Below are positions 26,507 through 36,000 of a stretch of 37,886 bases of DNA, in pieces; position 1 is the first letter of the stretch, and each line of letters begins with the position of its first letter. Made by a program: the position numbers and the translations under genes. The stretch lies in the NCBI GenBank assembly GCA_043821645.1, contig JBDRCO010000083.1, forward strand, positions 1 to 37,886, given 5' to 3'. The stretch is from Pseudomonadota bacterium. Its GTDB lineage: Bacteria; Myxococcota; JACRCW01; JAFGSX01. The notes below the pieces were generated by a model. It ran no database searches, was not told where the DNA came from, and saw only the letters and a program-made list of their open reading frames with translations.

Positions 26507-27292
26507 TCATCCCTGTTCAGGCTTCCTACGCCCGGTGGGCTTGCTCCACGTGCGGATCTTCTGAACCGTCTTGCCGAGCGGCGGGCTTGGCCTCTTGTGA
26601 AGGTCCGCACTGAGCGAGGAGAGTAGCTCGCCCCTCAGTTCGCTGACCTGCTGAAGCACCCGCCGCGGCGTGTCCTCGGCAGCCACGCCAAAGCCGCACG
26701 CGTCCTCGGAGAGCCTCGCGCCATTGAGCGAGATGAGGAGCGCTTCCTCGTCGAGCCCGGAGTCGACCCGCCGCCCCCGCTCGATGAGCTGAGGCAGCGT
26801 CAGCTCCACATGGGCCATGATCCACAGCAGGTCAAACAGGTCCTTCTCGCTGCAGCGGCTCACCAGGGTGGCCGCCTTGGTGCACAGCAGCGTGTCGAGC
26901 GACGCCACGTGCAGCCCACCCTCCAGGACATGAAACCCGCCAACCTCGAAGAGCTGCGGGTCGAGCACCACGTCGATGGTGAACAGGTGACCGTCGAGTC
27001 GAGCACTGGCGTGAAAGTACTGCGCGCTCTGGCGAGCATCGAGCAGCTCGGCGCCGATCTCGGCGAGTGAGCGCACGGCCAGCAGGGTGGCCCTCTGATC
27101 GAACTCGCTGCGGGTGAACAGATCGAGGTCGTCGGAGCGACGGTGCCCGGCGTAGAAACCGGCAAGTGCTGTCCCTCCGACCAGCATCACCTCGCCGGGG
27201 TTCTTGGAGAACACGTGTTCCAGGGCCCTCATCAGCCCTCGCGGAAGCACGGATCTGGCTAGATCAAGCCGAGGCTGCGCTGCAGGTTCCAC
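26507..27292 (-). CDS. AbiEii-family nucleotidyltransferase toxin
   Basis: LVGGTALAGFYAGHRRSDDLDLF, TK..TLVSR..EKDLFDL. Confidence 0.88.
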   Translation of the reverse strand: MEPAAQPRLDLARSVLPRGLMRALEHVFSKNPGEVMLVGGTALAGFYAGHRRSDDLDLFTRSEFDQRATLLAVRSLAEIGAELLDARQSAQYFHASARLDGHLFTIDVVLDPQLFEVGGFHVLEGGLHVASLDTLLCTKAATLVSRCSEKDLFDLLWIMAHVELTLPQLIERGRRVDSGLDEEALLISLNGARLSEDACGFGVAAEDTPRRVLQQVSELRGELLSSLSADLHKRPSPPLGKTVQKIRTWSKPTGRRKPEQG

Positions 27293-27747
27293 AGCTTCTC
27301 CAGGGCAGAGCGCTTGCGCGGTGGCAGGTACTTCTTGAAGCTCGCGAATTTCTTCCAGGCACAGTCGCCTGCAATCCTGGCGGCCTCGAACAGACCCCTT
27401 TTCTCGACCAGGCGAGCCAGGGCGCGGTCATCTTCCCGGGCCAGGGCCACGAGAAATGCGTCGAGATCTTCGAACGAGTGATCCCATAGCAGCTCTGCTG
27501 TGAGGTGCTCCCTCTCGGCAGCAGACAGCCCCGGAAGCGGTCTGGTCAGCACGTCGAGCGACACGCCGAGCCTGTCGGCCAGCGCCGTCAGGTGCGAGCT
27601 GCGCAGGTCGACCGTGGCATCTGTGTGGTCGGGATCGTTGCGTAGCCACAGCGACACGGCCTGACGGCTCACCCCCGCGAGCTTCGCCAGCTCACTCTGG
27701 TTGAGGCCCCTGGCCCGGGCCACCGTCCGCAAGGTCCCCTGGTTCAC
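27259..27747 (-). CDS. XRE-HTH antitoxin/regulator paired with the AbiEii-family toxin
   Basis: RARGLNQSELAKLAGVSRQAVSLW HTH; C-terminal LLWD...ARLVEKRG domain; overlaps the toxin gene. Confidence 0.8.
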   Translation of the reverse strand: MNQGTLRTVARARGLNQSELAKLAGVSRQAVSLWLRNDPDHTDATVDLRSSHLTALADRLGVSLDVLTRPLPGLSAAEREHLTAELLWDHSFEDLDAFLVALAREDDRALARLVEKRGLFEAARIAGDCAWKKFASFKKYLPPRKRSALEKLWNLQRSLGLI

Positions 27748-27753
27748 ACTGAA

Positions 27754-27794
27754 ATTGTATTAAATGGCCACCATTCTGTCAAGTTTACTTGACA
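27754..27794 (-). promoter_or_regulatory. Near-consensus sigma70 promoter with palindromic operator
   Basis: Minus strand TTGACA (27782-27777), 17 bp, TACAAT (27759-27754), 6 nt from the GTG start; palindrome TGTCAAG-TTTA-CTTGACA (27777-27794). Confidence 0.8.
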
Positions 27795-27889
27795 TCATCA
27801 GCGACTCCAATGGCCTTTCTGCGAAGTTCTCCCCCAGCCAGAACAGCACTATCCTCCAGACCGCCTCCGCGTCTCGGTCCCGCAAATCC

Positions 27890-27935
27890 TCCCCCTCACA
27901 AGCCCGCCCGGATTCTTCCTCCTCCTTCCAGCCCT
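27890..27935 (+). repeat. 46-bp imperfect direct repeat C, copy 1
   Basis: Matches 29030-29075 at 41/46 nt (core GCCCGGATTCTTCC). Confidence 0.85.
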
Positions 27936-28115
27936 GCTTCGAACAGGAGCCGGATAGACCTCGTTCTCCGGGGAGCCCCATGGATGAGCAGTGGCAGGTG
28001 CTCTCGTGTTCTTGCTAGTTGCAGCTATGCGAACTGAGGTTGCACGCCGAGCCCACCGCCTGTGGCCAGTAGGTGCCTCCACTTTGGCACTGGGCATAGT
28101 CCTGTGATCCCGCCA

Positions 28116-28150
28116 TTGTATTTTTTTGTAGGTCATGCTACATTTTTGTA
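28116..28150 (+). promoter_or_regulatory. Sigma70-type promoter of the RHH-GNAT operon
   Basis: TTGTAT (28116-28121), 17 bp, TGc-TACATT (28139-28144); TTGTA occurs three times. Confidence 0.65.
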
Positions 28151-28169
28151 TAGCAGGTCGGAGAACACC

Positions 28170-28442
28170 ATGACCATGGTACGTCAGATCTCGGCCACCA
28201 TCTCGCCAGCCACCAAGGCCCGGCTGGATGCCTATCTGAGGGCCAATGGTCTCAAGCAGGCCCACGTCATCGAGGAGGCCTTGCTGCATCACCTGGAGGC
28301 CCTGGACTCACTGCCAGCGACCGTGGTTGTGCCCCCGCGGCTCGTCGTGGACAGGGCCCAGGGCCGTCGCCTCGCCTCGTTGATCTCCGAGCCACCCGAG
28401 GCCACGCCTGCCCTGCAGGCTCTTTTTGACGACGAGGGCTGA
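28170..28442 (+). CDS. RHH antitoxin (TacA/DUF1778-like)
   Basis: QISATIS..TKARLD...GLKQAHVIEEAL RHH; C-terminal PPEATPALQALF. Confidence 0.8.
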   Translation: MTMVRQISATISPATKARLDAYLRANGLKQAHVIEEALLHHLEALDSLPATVVVPPRLVVDRAQGRRLASLISEPPEATPALQALFDDEG

Positions 28443-28444
28443 CC

Positions 28445-28969
28445 TTGACAGACATCGTCATCCGTCGCCTGGAGCCAGGAGACGACAGGTCTTCCTTTGC
28501 TTCCGGAAATGCCGAGCTCGACCTGTTCTTCAAGCAGTACGCGGGCCAGAATCAGTTTCGCCTGCACATCGGTATCACCTACGTGGCGGTGCAAGGAGCC
28601 AGGATTCTTGGCTTCGCGACGGTCAGCTCGGGCTCCATCGAGATAGACGATCTACCGAGGACCGAGGTCCGCCGCCTCCCCCGCTACCCGATCCCGGTGT
28701 TGAGACTCGCCCGGCTTGCAGTGGATGGTACGGCCCAGGGTCTAGGAGTCGGCAAGCTCCTGCTCCGCACGGTGCTGCAGATAGCCCTCTCGCAGCGGGA
28801 CTCCACCGGATGCCTCGGCGTCGTCGTAGACGCCAAGCCTGAGGCGGTCGACTTCTACACTCGCTACGGGTTCGTGCCCCTGGATGTCATCGAGGGCCAG
28901 CTCGGGACCCGCCCGGCCCCGACACCCATGTTCCTGGCCCTTGGCTCCGTCCCGGTAGGCAGGGGCTGA
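28445..28969 (+). CDS. GNAT acetyltransferase toxin (TacT/AtaT-like)
   Basis: DRSSFASGNAELD.F, PRYPIPVLRLARLAVD..AQGLGVG, VVDAK..A..FY.RYGF. Confidence 0.9.
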   Translation: MTDIVIRRLEPGDDRSSFASGNAELDLFFKQYAGQNQFRLHIGITYVAVQGARILGFATVSSGSIEIDDLPRTEVRRLPRYPIPVLRLARLAVDGTAQGLGVGKLLLRTVLQIALSQRDSTGCLGVVVDAKPEAVDFYTRYGFVPLDVIEGQLGTRPAPTPMFLALGSVPVGRG

Positions 28970-29029
28970 GCTTCCAGCAGGTCCGACGCTGTCCCCGCCT
29001 GAAAACTCTCCTGAGCTCGTGCCGAGCGT

Positions 29030-29075
29030 TCCCCTTCAAAAGCCTGCCCGGATTCTTCCGCCTCCATCCAGCCCT
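29030..29075 (+). repeat. 46-bp imperfect direct repeat C, copy 2
   Basis: Matches 27890-27935. Confidence 0.85.
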
Positions 29076-29398
29076 CCACAGCCCAACTACCTTCCCACCA
29101 CCACTCACCCCTTCCTTGCGTGCCTCGTGCCGAGCCTCCCTCGTCGAGGCCACGTGGCGTCGTCCCGCCCGGGCTCGCCCGGCCTTCCTCCTTGCGTGTC
29201 CTTCTCGACGGGCTCCATCCCTGCATCTGCGGGCTCTGCTTTCTGTCCCCTCCCTGAGCTCTCTGCGAGAGCCCAGCTCGGCTCAGCCCCTCCCTGCGGT
29301 CGGGGCCTCGCACAAAGCGCCCTGGGCTGCCGGGAGGTCGCCTCGTTCGGCTGTGGGGCGACACGAGGCCCACCAGGACGGGACCTCAGGAGGACGAG

Positions 29399-30301
29399 AT
29401 GAAGAAGAAGTTCGACCGCGAAGCAGCCAGGGAGCAACTCGAGACGACCTTGAACACCCTCAAGCAGGGCATCGCGGCTCTCACCACCAGCGAGGACTGG
29501 GAAAAGTTCCTGGAGGTCAGCGCAGCCTTCCACAGCTACAGCTTCAACAACTGGATGCTCATCTTCATGCAGATGCCCCACGCGACCCGCGTGGCCGGCT
29601 TCAGGACCTGGCTCAAGCTCGACCGGCAGGTGAAGAAGGGCGAGAAGGCCATCCGCATCCTGGCGCCCAGCCCCCGCAAGTTCACCGCCCAGGTCGAGAA
29701 GCAGAACCCCACCACTGGCGAGGTCAGTGTCGAGCAGGAAGAACGCAGCTACATGCGGTACCGGGCCGTGCCCGTGTTCGACATCAGCCAGACCGACGGC
29801 GAGGACCTGCCGAGCCTCACCACCGAGCTGCAGGGCAATGCCGACGAGGACCTCGTGGCCCAGGACCTCTTCAACCGCCTCGAGTCCCACGCCTTCAAGG
29901 CTGGCTTCTGTGTCGAGGTCAGGCACATCAGCGGAGCTGCCAGCGGCTACATGGACCCCTCAAGCCGCGTGCTGGCAGTGGAGCAAGACCTCCCGGTCCT
30001 GCACCGCGCCAAGACCCTCGCCCACGAGTGCGCCCACATGGTCCTGCACGCCGACCTGGACATGAAGCTCGAGCACAACTCCCGCAGCCAGCAGGAAGTC
30101 GAGGCCGAGAGCGTAGCCTTCTGCCTCCTGAAGGCCTTCGGCCTGGACTCGTCGCTCTGCTCTTTCGGCTACGTTGCAGGCTGGAGCAATGGTGACCCCG
30201 ACAAGGTCACCGAGGCTGGACAGAACATCCACAAAGCCTTCCACCAGCTCCTCGACGCCACGGCCCCCTCCACCACCCAGGACCTCGATACCGCGGCCTG
30301 A
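29399..30301 (+). CDS. ArdC-like ssDNA-binding / zincin-like metallopeptidase protein (anti-restriction family)
   Basis: FHSYSFNN.MLI..Q.P.ATRVAGF.TW..L.RQVKKGEKAI.I.AP, VFDISQT, TLAHECAH, EVEAES, SFGYVAGW; AGGAGG RBS. Confidence 0.88.
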   Translation: MKKKFDREAAREQLETTLNTLKQGIAALTTSEDWEKFLEVSAAFHSYSFNNWMLIFMQMPHATRVAGFRTWLKLDRQVKKGEKAIRILAPSPRKFTAQVEKQNPTTGEVSVEQEERSYMRYRAVPVFDISQTDGEDLPSLTTELQGNADEDLVAQDLFNRLESHAFKAGFCVEVRHISGAASGYMDPSSRVLAVEQDLPVLHRAKTLAHECAHMVLHADLDMKLEHNSRSQQEVEAESVAFCLLKAFGLDSSLCSFGYVAGWSNGDPDKVTEAGQNIHKAFHQLLDATAPSTTQDLDTAA

Positions 30302-30639
30302 CCGAGGCCAGGCCTCGTGCCGACTCGGAATCCGGGCCATTCGCCGCAAGAAGCCAAGCTCATCCAATCTACTTTGGGGCACCCACGACCAGCTCCCGCC
30401 GCTGCCGGAAGCGAATTCAAGTCTGACGTCGGTGTGCTCCACCAAGTCTCTGGGACGCAACCAGCGCCGAGGTGGGTCGAGTCCTACGCTGTCGTGCCGA
30501 GGTCTGACCTTGACCCGGAAGAGCCGCGCTGTGACGATGTGGCGGCTGTTCTAGACTGCCTATCACGACAAGAACCAGACAGGTTGAAGGGAGGAGGGGG
30601 GGGGGGGATGGGCCCTGAGAGGGAACCCGTTTATATTTC

Positions 30640-31458
30640 CTATGCCCCACTGAACATTATCTGAAGAGCACCGTGATTCCCAACCCTGGGCCGCCAAAGC
30701 GAGCAAGAAACGTATTTTTCTTGCTCCCGTCCAAACCAGATCACCCAACTGTTCTGATCACCTTCAACCGGGGAGGCCACAACACACTGTTCTTGCAGCA
30801 ATAGCGGTCTATCAGTTTGCTTTCGATCCAGACCATACCAAGAACCATCATTCTCAACGAAGTACCAATACCTACATTTGGTTCTGACATGTCTGGGTAG
30901 ACTCTCTGGTGGAGTTCCCTCTTGCCACGACGCGAACGGAGAGTTAAGTAATAGATATCTCCGGGTCTCGTCCTCCACCACTGTCATCTCGAGAACAATG
31001 AATCTTTCGGAATCGACGCCGTTTTCCCTCATCCAAGCCACGGTGGATCGAATCCAGCCATTGTACTGGGTCAACACAGCCGGCTGAACATGCGCCTGCC
31101 GATCAATTCCCATGTCGCGGAGACCATGCTCTTTCAGCATCTGAGCGTGATGCAGGACTTCCGCTATGGCGATTGGCTCGTATTTTGCCGCGTGCTTAAG
31201 TTCGACTACGTAGACCGTTGCATCGGCGTCCCAGATGACATCGGGCCGATACTTGTATCCCCACTTAGTCTTGAGCTGTTGCGTAATATTCCTACTTTGA
31301 ATGTTGGAGAGCCATTGGGGGCAAGCAGCAATAGCCCATCCAATTTGCTGACGCCTTGGCCAGTCATCAAGGAGCCTCTGGATATCTTTTTCAGCTAACT
31401 TCGGATAAGACAGCTCTGTCCAGCCCATTGATATTGTCCGTTCTTTAATTTGCCCCAA
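30640..31458 (-). CDS. Putative PD-(D/E)XK nuclease-domain protein (lower-GC cargo)
   Basis: YRPDVIW...VYVVELK motif; visibly AT-richer than the backbone. Confidence 0.6.
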   Translation of the reverse strand: MGQIKERTISMGWTELSYPKLAEKDIQRLLDDWPRRQQIGWAIAACPQWLSNIQSRNITQQLKTKWGYKYRPDVIWDADATVYVVELKHAAKYEPIAIAEVLHHAQMLKEHGLRDMGIDRQAHVQPAVLTQYNGWIRSTVAWMRENGVDSERFIVLEMTVVEDETRRYLLLNSPFASWQEGTPPESLPRHVRTKCRYWYFVENDGSWYGLDRKQTDRPLLLQEQCVVASPVEGDQNSWVIWFGREQEKYVSCSLWRPRVGNHGALQIMFSGA

Positions 31459-31500
31459 CAGTACTCAGTGCAATCACACCTTGCCTTGCCGTCGGTATCT

Positions 31501-31851
31501 CTACACAAAGGTCCGCACAGCACCAAGGTCGACGTCAAATATTGTCCACGTCTTTTCGTTCAGTCGCACGTACAGCGCTAGTGCATTTTTGTGGTTGTCT
31601 GTAACGATTCGCAGCTCACGTGGCATGCCTCCATTTGTGGCTCTCCCCAGCAACCTGACGTCTTGGTCCGCTTTATGGTGCAAGGCCTCGTGGAAGCTAG
31701 TGAACTTCACGTGATCAATATAGAGCCCACTCTTTCTTGAACTTGGAGTATGCACCAGGACATAAACCCAGCCGGCTCCTCTATCAAATTCAATGTAAAC
31801 GGAGCGCTGAGTTCCAGAGTCTGCTGTTCCCGGGAATGTGTCGTCAGGCAT
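31501..31851 (-). CDS. Hypothetical protein (lower-GC cargo; may be 5'-truncated)
   Basis: 116 aa from ATG 31851; the frame stays open upstream through the ardC-copy junction at 32007. Confidence 0.5.
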   Translation of the reverse strand: MPDDTFPGTADSGTQRSVYIEFDRGAGWVYVLVHTPSSRKSGLYIDHVKFTSFHEALHHKADQDVRLLGRATNGGMPRELRIVTDNHKNALALYVRLNEKTWTIFDVDLGAVRTFV

Positions 31852-32006
31852 ATCTGCACCCTTCTTTCGGCCTTTCGGCAATTTCTCCAATATAGCTGCC
31901 TGTAGTGGTTTGGCGGAATGCCGTTCCGACTCTGAGTGCTCCCCTACTCTCCCAAAGCCATGTTCTGGATGACACATGTCACTGAGGTAGAGAACCCCGA
32001 GTTCGT

Positions 32007-32738
32007 TGCCCCACGCGACCCGCGTGGCCGGCTTCAGGACCTGGCTCAAGCTCGACCGGCAGGTGAAGAAGGGCGAGAAGGCCATCCGCATCCTGGCGCC
32101 CAGCCCCCGCAAGTTCACCGCCCAGGTCGAGAAGCAGAACCCCAACACCGGCGAGGTCAGTGTCGAGCAGGAAGAACGCAGCTACATGCGGTACCGCGCA
32201 GTGCCCGTGTTCGACATCAGCCAGACCGACGGCGAGGACCTGCCGAGCCTCACCTCCGAGCTGCAAGGCAACGCCGACGAGGACCTCATGGCCCAGGACC
32301 TCTTCAACCGCCTCGAGGCCCACGCCTTCAAGGCTGGCTTCTGTGTCGAGGTCAGGCACATCAGCGGAGCTGCCAACGGCTACATGGACCCCTCAAGCCG
32401 CGTGCTGGCGGTGGAGCAGGACCTGCCAGTCCTGCACCGCGCCAAGACCCTCGCCCACGAGTGCGCCCACATGGTCCTGCACGCGGACCTGGACGCGAAG
32501 CTCGAGCACAACTCCCGCAGCCAGCAGGAAGTCGAGGCCGAGAGCGTAGCCTTCTGCCTCATGAAGGCCTTCGGCCTGGACTCGTCGCTCTGCTCTTTCG
32601 GCTACGTTGCAGGCTGGAGCAATGGTGACCCCGACAAGGTCACCGAGGCTGGACAGAACATCCACAAAGCCTTCCACCAGCTCCTGGACGCCACGGCTCC
32701 CTCCACCGACCAGGACCTCGACAAGGCGGCTTGACCGA
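32007..32738 (+). pseudogene. 5'-truncated second copy of the ArdC-like gene
   Basis: Aligns without gaps to 29574-30305 (about 26 substitutions by hand count); lacks the first ~58 codons and the RBS. Confidence 0.9.
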
Positions 32739-33027
32739 TCTGGGACGATTGCGGCGGCGATGTCACCAATTCGCAGTCCTTCACGCTGCAATGTCGGACG
32801 GGGGAGGCTATCAAGCACGAGTCAGCAGATCTCTCCTGGTGGGCGCCCCGTACCGATTACGGGCGCCAGCCTTGATCATCGATTCGGCGAGAGGCTGCGC
32901 GTTGTCGGGCCCGGTCTGATCGTGAGCATTCTTGTTCGGCCTCTCGATTCCCCAAGATCCCCGGTCCTATTTTTCTCCGAGCCCTCATGTTACACTCTCG
33001 GTGCTCAATTTGTGGGGAGGGAACCCG

Positions 33028-36000
33028 ATGCATCGCCTGCATTACTCTCACCTCGCTGTGGTGTGTCTTCTGGCAATGACCGCAGCGGCTTGCCCCGCGC
33101 CAGCAGCAAACAGCGACGGCGGCACCACGACGCGTCCGGACGCCGCCAGCGGGGATGGGCAGTCGGGGCAGGACACCGGGGTGCCCCCGCCCACCGATGC
33201 GGGAGGCCACGACATCCAGCTCACTCAGGATAGCGGAACCCCTCCGCCCACCGACGCAGGGGACCGCGACACCCTGCTCACTCAGGATAGCGGGAACCCT
33301 CCGCCCACCGATGCAGGAACCGCGGACAGAGTGATTGACCTGCGAGGCTCTATCCAGAAAGGGCCATTCGTTGTTGGCTCCTCTGTGTCGGTGTCTCTGC
33401 TCGACAGTTCCCTGTCACCCACGGGACTGGTCTTCAACACGACAACCAGCAACAACCGTGGAGAGTTCGAGATCAGCTTTTCGACCGCTGGTCCTGTATC
33501 CCTTGAGGGATTTGGCTATTACTACAACGAGCTTCTGGGATCTCTGTCGTCGTCGACGCTGACCTTGCGGGCGCTCCATGTACCGACTGGCTCGGGACCT
33601 CAGTACGCATTCATCAACATGGTCACCCACCTGACCACTCCGAGAGTTCGCGCCCTGGTGGTTGGTGGACAGTCCTTTTCAGATGCGGTCCAGCAGGCCG
33701 AGCGGGATCTCTGGCGCGAGCTGGCGATCACTCCATCTGATTTCGAGCTGAACTTTCGAGGGATTGACCTCAGTGTGCTGGGAGGCGATAGCGACGGCAA
33801 TGCATACCTGCTTGGGGTCAGTTCCGTGCTCATCGAGGTCGCGGTGTTGCGAGGTGGCAGCGTCGAGGCGAACCTTCAGGAACTTCTCAACACCTTTGCC
33901 CTGGATCTGGCCGACGGCGTTCTTCAGCCCGCGCTTGAAGCGGAGTTCGCCACTGCGCTACTGGCGCTCGACACCGTCGATGTCGAGCAGAAGCTTGGCG
34001 AGCGCTTCATTTCCATCGGGTCAAGCGAGACAGTGCCCGATATGGACCGGGTACTTGACCAGGATCGAGATGGCTGGACCAATGCGACCGACAACTGTCC
34101 ACTAGTCGCGAATCCTGGTCAGGAAAATGCCGATGGCGACGATCTCGGTGATGCTTGCGACGAATGCCCTGCGTTGTTCTGCAATCATCAATGCTTGCCC
34201 GCTTCGGGGAGCGCGGGGCGGTCGGTTGATCTGTGCTGGGAGCCCTGCCCCTTGGAGGGCTGCGGGAGCGGGAACTGCGTGACGTCAGGGGACCTGGCGG
34301 TCCTGGATGACGGCAGCACGACCATGGTCGCCTTCTGCGCCGAGGGTTGCGATCCGTCCGTTTCCGGTGCATGCGGTGATGGGATGGAGTGCTGCGCCCT
34401 TGTCGAGGGCTCCATACATCTGGGCGTGTTTTTGTTCGACCTACCTCACTGGTCATGTGTGGCGGGCGACTTCTGCGGCACAAAGAGCGAGGAAGAGTCT
34501 TGTCCTGAACACGACGTGACCAGGAATGACTGTGGACCTGGCCTGCTATGTAGCCGGCTTCTTTTCGAGGAAACTGCCCACTGTCATGCTGGTTGTGACC
34601 CATCAGATGTGATGTCTTGCGGAGGTCGCAGCTGCGTTGAAACCACTTGGGAAACAAGGGGTCTGTTCCATGTCTGCGAATCTGGACTTAGGTGCGACTC
34701 GTCCAGCAGTTGCGAGGATTGTCTAACCAGTACTTGCGCGCTCGAGACCTGCGCATCGGCAATTGATGCCTGCCTGGCTGACGAGAATTGCCTGGGCGTC
34801 AACGAATGCATCGCTGCCTGTGCCGTGGATCATTGGATGGATTCTTGTATCATTGGGTTCTATGGTGGCGAGCCTGCGCCCGGACTCTCCGAAGATTGCT
34901 ACAAGCATTTTAGCACCCTTCCCCCACCCCAGGAGTGCATCGATAGCTGCACGAGCTACAACCCATCGGGTGCCGCGATCCTGGATGCCGCGAATGAATG
35001 CATGCGATGTGAAGCCTGTTCCGCAAGTTGTCATTCCGCGGAATGCTCCGTTTGCGGAAACGGAAAACAGGAGCGAGGAGAGCGTTGTGACGGCGACGAT
35101 CTGGGAAGCGTCACTTGTGCAAACCTGGGGCTGGGCACCGGCAGTCTCGATTGTTTGCCTGACTGTAATTCGTTCGATGTGTCCGGCTGTTCCGGCAACG
35201 AGACATGCCATGACGGAATGATCCAGTACCCGGAACTGTGCGACGACGACGCGCTCGGCGGTGTCACGTGCAATGACCTCGGATTCTCTGGCGGTGGTGT
35301 CCTCGGTTGCATGACGGATTGCTCGGGCTACGACACAGGGTCGTGCCTGTACGAGGGCTGTGCCGGGTTGACTTGCTCTGCCTGGCGAACGAGCACATGC
35401 GTGGAAACCCCGCTTGTCCAGATGCAGGGAGGAGCGCAGGACAACCCTTGCCGCGAAAATTTCGACCTTTGCCTGGCTGACAGCCTGTGCTCCCAGTTGA
35501 TGATCTGCTTGAACGGTTGCGGAACGTTAGCCGGGACCTGCGTGCAGCAGTGTCGCGCTTCCAACAGCGCAGGCGCTCCACTGTTCGATTCGATCGTCGA
35601 CTGCCTCATGTGCGACTATGCTCGACCTCCAGCATGTGATCGAGCATGCGACCGCTGCGGAGATGGCAAGCGAGATCGGCTTGAGACCTGTGATGGTGAC
35701 GACCTGGACCGACAGTCCTGTGCCGGGCTCCATCTTGGCGGCGGTGTGCTCGGCTGTGCACCAGGCTGTGATTCCTTTGACACAAGCGCGTGTACCACAG
35801 TCAGCACCTGTGGTAATTCCGTGGCTGAAGGAAACGAAGAATGTGACGGGATTGATCTGGCTGGGCAGGACTGTCTGACATTGGGTTTCGGAGGCGGTGG
35901 AGATCTCTCGTGTCGCGAAACGTGCAAATTTGACACTACTCGCTGTCTGGGCAATTGCTTCGATCCGTCGGCCAGGTGCACGCTTTCGACAGATGGCACA

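Larger units (their letters stand above)
11898..30301. mobile_element. Backbone of a conjugative element (plasmid or ICE); true boundaries not visible
   Basis: Coupling ATPase, VirB-like operon, Replic_Relax-type genes, ArdC-like gene and TA modules. Confidence 0.8.

Noticed and set aside
30596-30607. G12 homopolymer as a phase-variation tract
   Set aside because: Lies between convergent genes, not in a credible CDS or promoter; could be a sequencing artefact.
30317-30664. 115-aa ORF after ardC
   Set aside because: No motif or clear RBS, and it runs through the poly-G tract; it may be a gene remnant but cannot be supported.
29574-32738. ardC repeat pair as a DGR template/variable repeat
   Set aside because: Differences are not confined to adenines, the repeat is far longer than typical TR/VR, and no reverse transcriptase is present.
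33181-33320. ~60-bp tandem repeats as a CRISPR-like array
   Set aside because: They are in-frame coding repeats (PPPTDAG linker) with no unique spacers and no cas genes.
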